DNA of 8,577 nucleotides from a virus (Duplodnaviria; Heunggongvirae; Uroviricota; Caudoviricetes): IMG/VR virus record IMGVR_UViG_2711768070_000012, positions 1 to 8,577 of that record; one strand, 5' to 3'. Shown piece by piece: positions 7,526 to 8,577 of this stretch (position 1 is its first letter; each line of letters starts with the position of its first letter). The notes under the pieces were generated by a model. It saw only the letters and a program-made list of their open reading frames with translations, ran no database searches and was not told where the DNA came from. The position numbers and the translations under genes were made by a program.

Positions 7526-7711
7526 TTCTTGACTTTTTTGTTTACTGTTTATTAAAAAACCAACCGCATGGTGAATCCTCCTTGGAGGGGCTAAATGATC
7601 GAGTTTTAAGGGCACGTAGCGAGTTCTGTTTGATCATTGCAGAACTTAGCGGGAGGCGCCATGCGTACATCACTAATGTTATTTCCTTCTATCATTTTCC
7701 TTGTGAGTTCT

Positions 7712-7740
7712 GGCTGCGCATGGCGCGGCCTTTTTTTTAT
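7712..7740 (+). terminator. Rho-independent terminator upstream of nanS-p
   Basis: GC-rich imperfect hairpin GGCTGCGC (7712-7719) - atg - GCGCGGCC (7723-7730) followed by eight consecutive T (7731-7738). Confidence 0.5.
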
Positions 7741-7824
7741 GACTTGCCACTGGCAGATGGTCATCCTGTGATTTGATTCCGGTTCCGGCTTTTTAACTCT
7801 GTTCCTGTACACGGGAGAAATTCG

Positions 7825-8577
7825 ATGTCGATTAAACATTACGATGTTGTCAGGGCGGCGTCGCCGTCAGACCTTGCGGAAAAGCTGACACACAAACTGA
7901 AAGAGGGCTGGCAGCCGTTTGGTAGTCCGGTGGCCATAACCCCTTATACCCTGATGCAGGCGATTGCAGCAGAAGGTGATGTGGTGGTCAGTGGTGCAAC
8001 TGAGCCGGATTGGTACTACGTCATCGTACTGGCCGGGCAGTCCAATGCAATGGCTTACGGGGAAGGGCTTCCGCTTCCGGATTCATACGATGCTCCGGAT
8101 CCGCGCATTAAACAGCTGGCGCGCCGCAGTACAGTTACGCCGGGTGGGGCTGCCTGCAGATATAACGATATTATTCCGGCCGACCACTGCCTGCATGATG
8201 TGCAGGATATGAGTACGCTGAATCATCCGAAGGCAGACCTGAGCAAAGGGCAGTACGGCTGTGTCGGCCAGGGCTTACATATTGCCAAACGTCTGCTGCC
8301 GTATATCCCCAAAAATGCCGGGATTCTTCTTGTTCCCTGCTCCCGTGGTGGTTCGGCATTCACCCAGGGCGCGGAGGGGACATTCAGTGCGGATACGGGG
8401 GCCAGCCAGGATTCGGCGCGCTGGGGTGTGGGTAAACCATTATATCAGGACCTGATTGCGCGCACTAAAGCTGCATTACAGAAGAACCCGAAAAATGTGT
8501 TGCTGGCGGTGTGCTGGATGCAGGGAGAGTTTGACATGAGCGCCGCCACCCACGCACAGCAACCTGCGCTGTTTACA
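7825..8577 (+). CDS. Prophage NanS-p-type sialate O-acetylesterase, N-terminal part (3' end outside window)
   Basis: ATG at 7825 with GGGAGA 6 nt upstream. Frame 1 is open to the window end, which is why the ORF track (stop-bounded) does not list it. The product (MSIKHYDVVRAASPSDLAEKLTHKLKEGWQPFGSPVAI...YYVIVLAGQSNAMAYGEGLP...) has the DUF1737-like N-terminus and the GQSN esterase motif of prophage NanS-p/YjhS-like enzymes found downstream of stx in Stx phages. Confidence 0.78.
   Translation, partial: MSIKHYDVVRAASPSDLAEKLTHKLKEGWQPFGSPVAITPYTLMQAIAAEGDVVVSGATEPDWYYVIVLAGQSNAMAYGEGLPLPDSYDAPDPRIKQLARRSTVTPGGAACRYNDIIPADHCLHDVQDMSTLNHPKADLSKGQYGCVGQGLHIAKRLLPYIPKNAGILLVPCSRGGSAFTQGAEGTFSADTGASQDSARWGVGKPLYQDLIARTKAALQKNPKNVLLAVCWMQGEFDMSAATHAQQPALFT

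Noticed and set aside
7409..7615. 68-aa minus-strand ORF ending in a His run
   Set aside because: The HHHHH tail is just the reverse complement of the GTGATGGTGATGATG tract; no Shine-Dalgarno and no coherent protein features.
7582..7776. 64-aa plus-strand ORF
   Set aside because: It spans a hairpin and an intrinsic terminator, lacks a ribosome-binding site, and its product has no hydrophobic or motif coherence. More likely structured leader RNA.
7964..8455. ORFs 7964-8212 (+), 8171-8359 (-) and 8261-8455 (+)
   Set aside because: Alternative frames or antisense within the nanS-p coding region, which reads cleanly in frame 1 with recognisable esterase motifs.
1..8577. Looked for tRNA genes, CRISPR repeats, IS inverted repeats and an attachment site
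   Set aside because: No T-loop-like GGTTCGAATCC-type signatures or cloverleaf candidates, no regularly spaced direct repeats, and no transposase-like ORF or terminal inverted repeats were seen. Stx phages often carry tRNAs after Q, but none is evident here.

Overview
This window is the rightward early-to-late region of a lambda-like (lambdoid) prophage, with every credible gene on the + strand. The order is: 3' end of replication gene P, ren, a terminator, a mosaic nin region (two small hypothetical genes, a Lar-family zinc-ribbon gene, ninB, a phage Dam-type N6-adenine methyltransferase, ninE, a structured intergenic region, a Roi-like ORF6N gene, a terminator, a Rha/KilAC antirepressor-like gene, ninG, the Ser/Thr phosphatase), then antiterminator Q and a pR'/qut-like late promoter. 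Downstream of Q, where lambda has tR' and the lysis genes and Stx phages carry stx, there is instead an AT-rich insert encoding a polytopic membrane protein of unknown function plus a possible small hydrophobic peptide, followed by a terminator and the 5' part of a NanS-p-type sialate O-acetylesterase gene. The membrane-protein cargo at this late-promoter position is the best candidate for an undescribed function; I cannot assign it to any family from sequence alone. All protein identifications rest on my recall of lambda and prophage protein sequences and motifs, not on a database search. No tRNA, rRNA, CRISPR array or IS element was seen.
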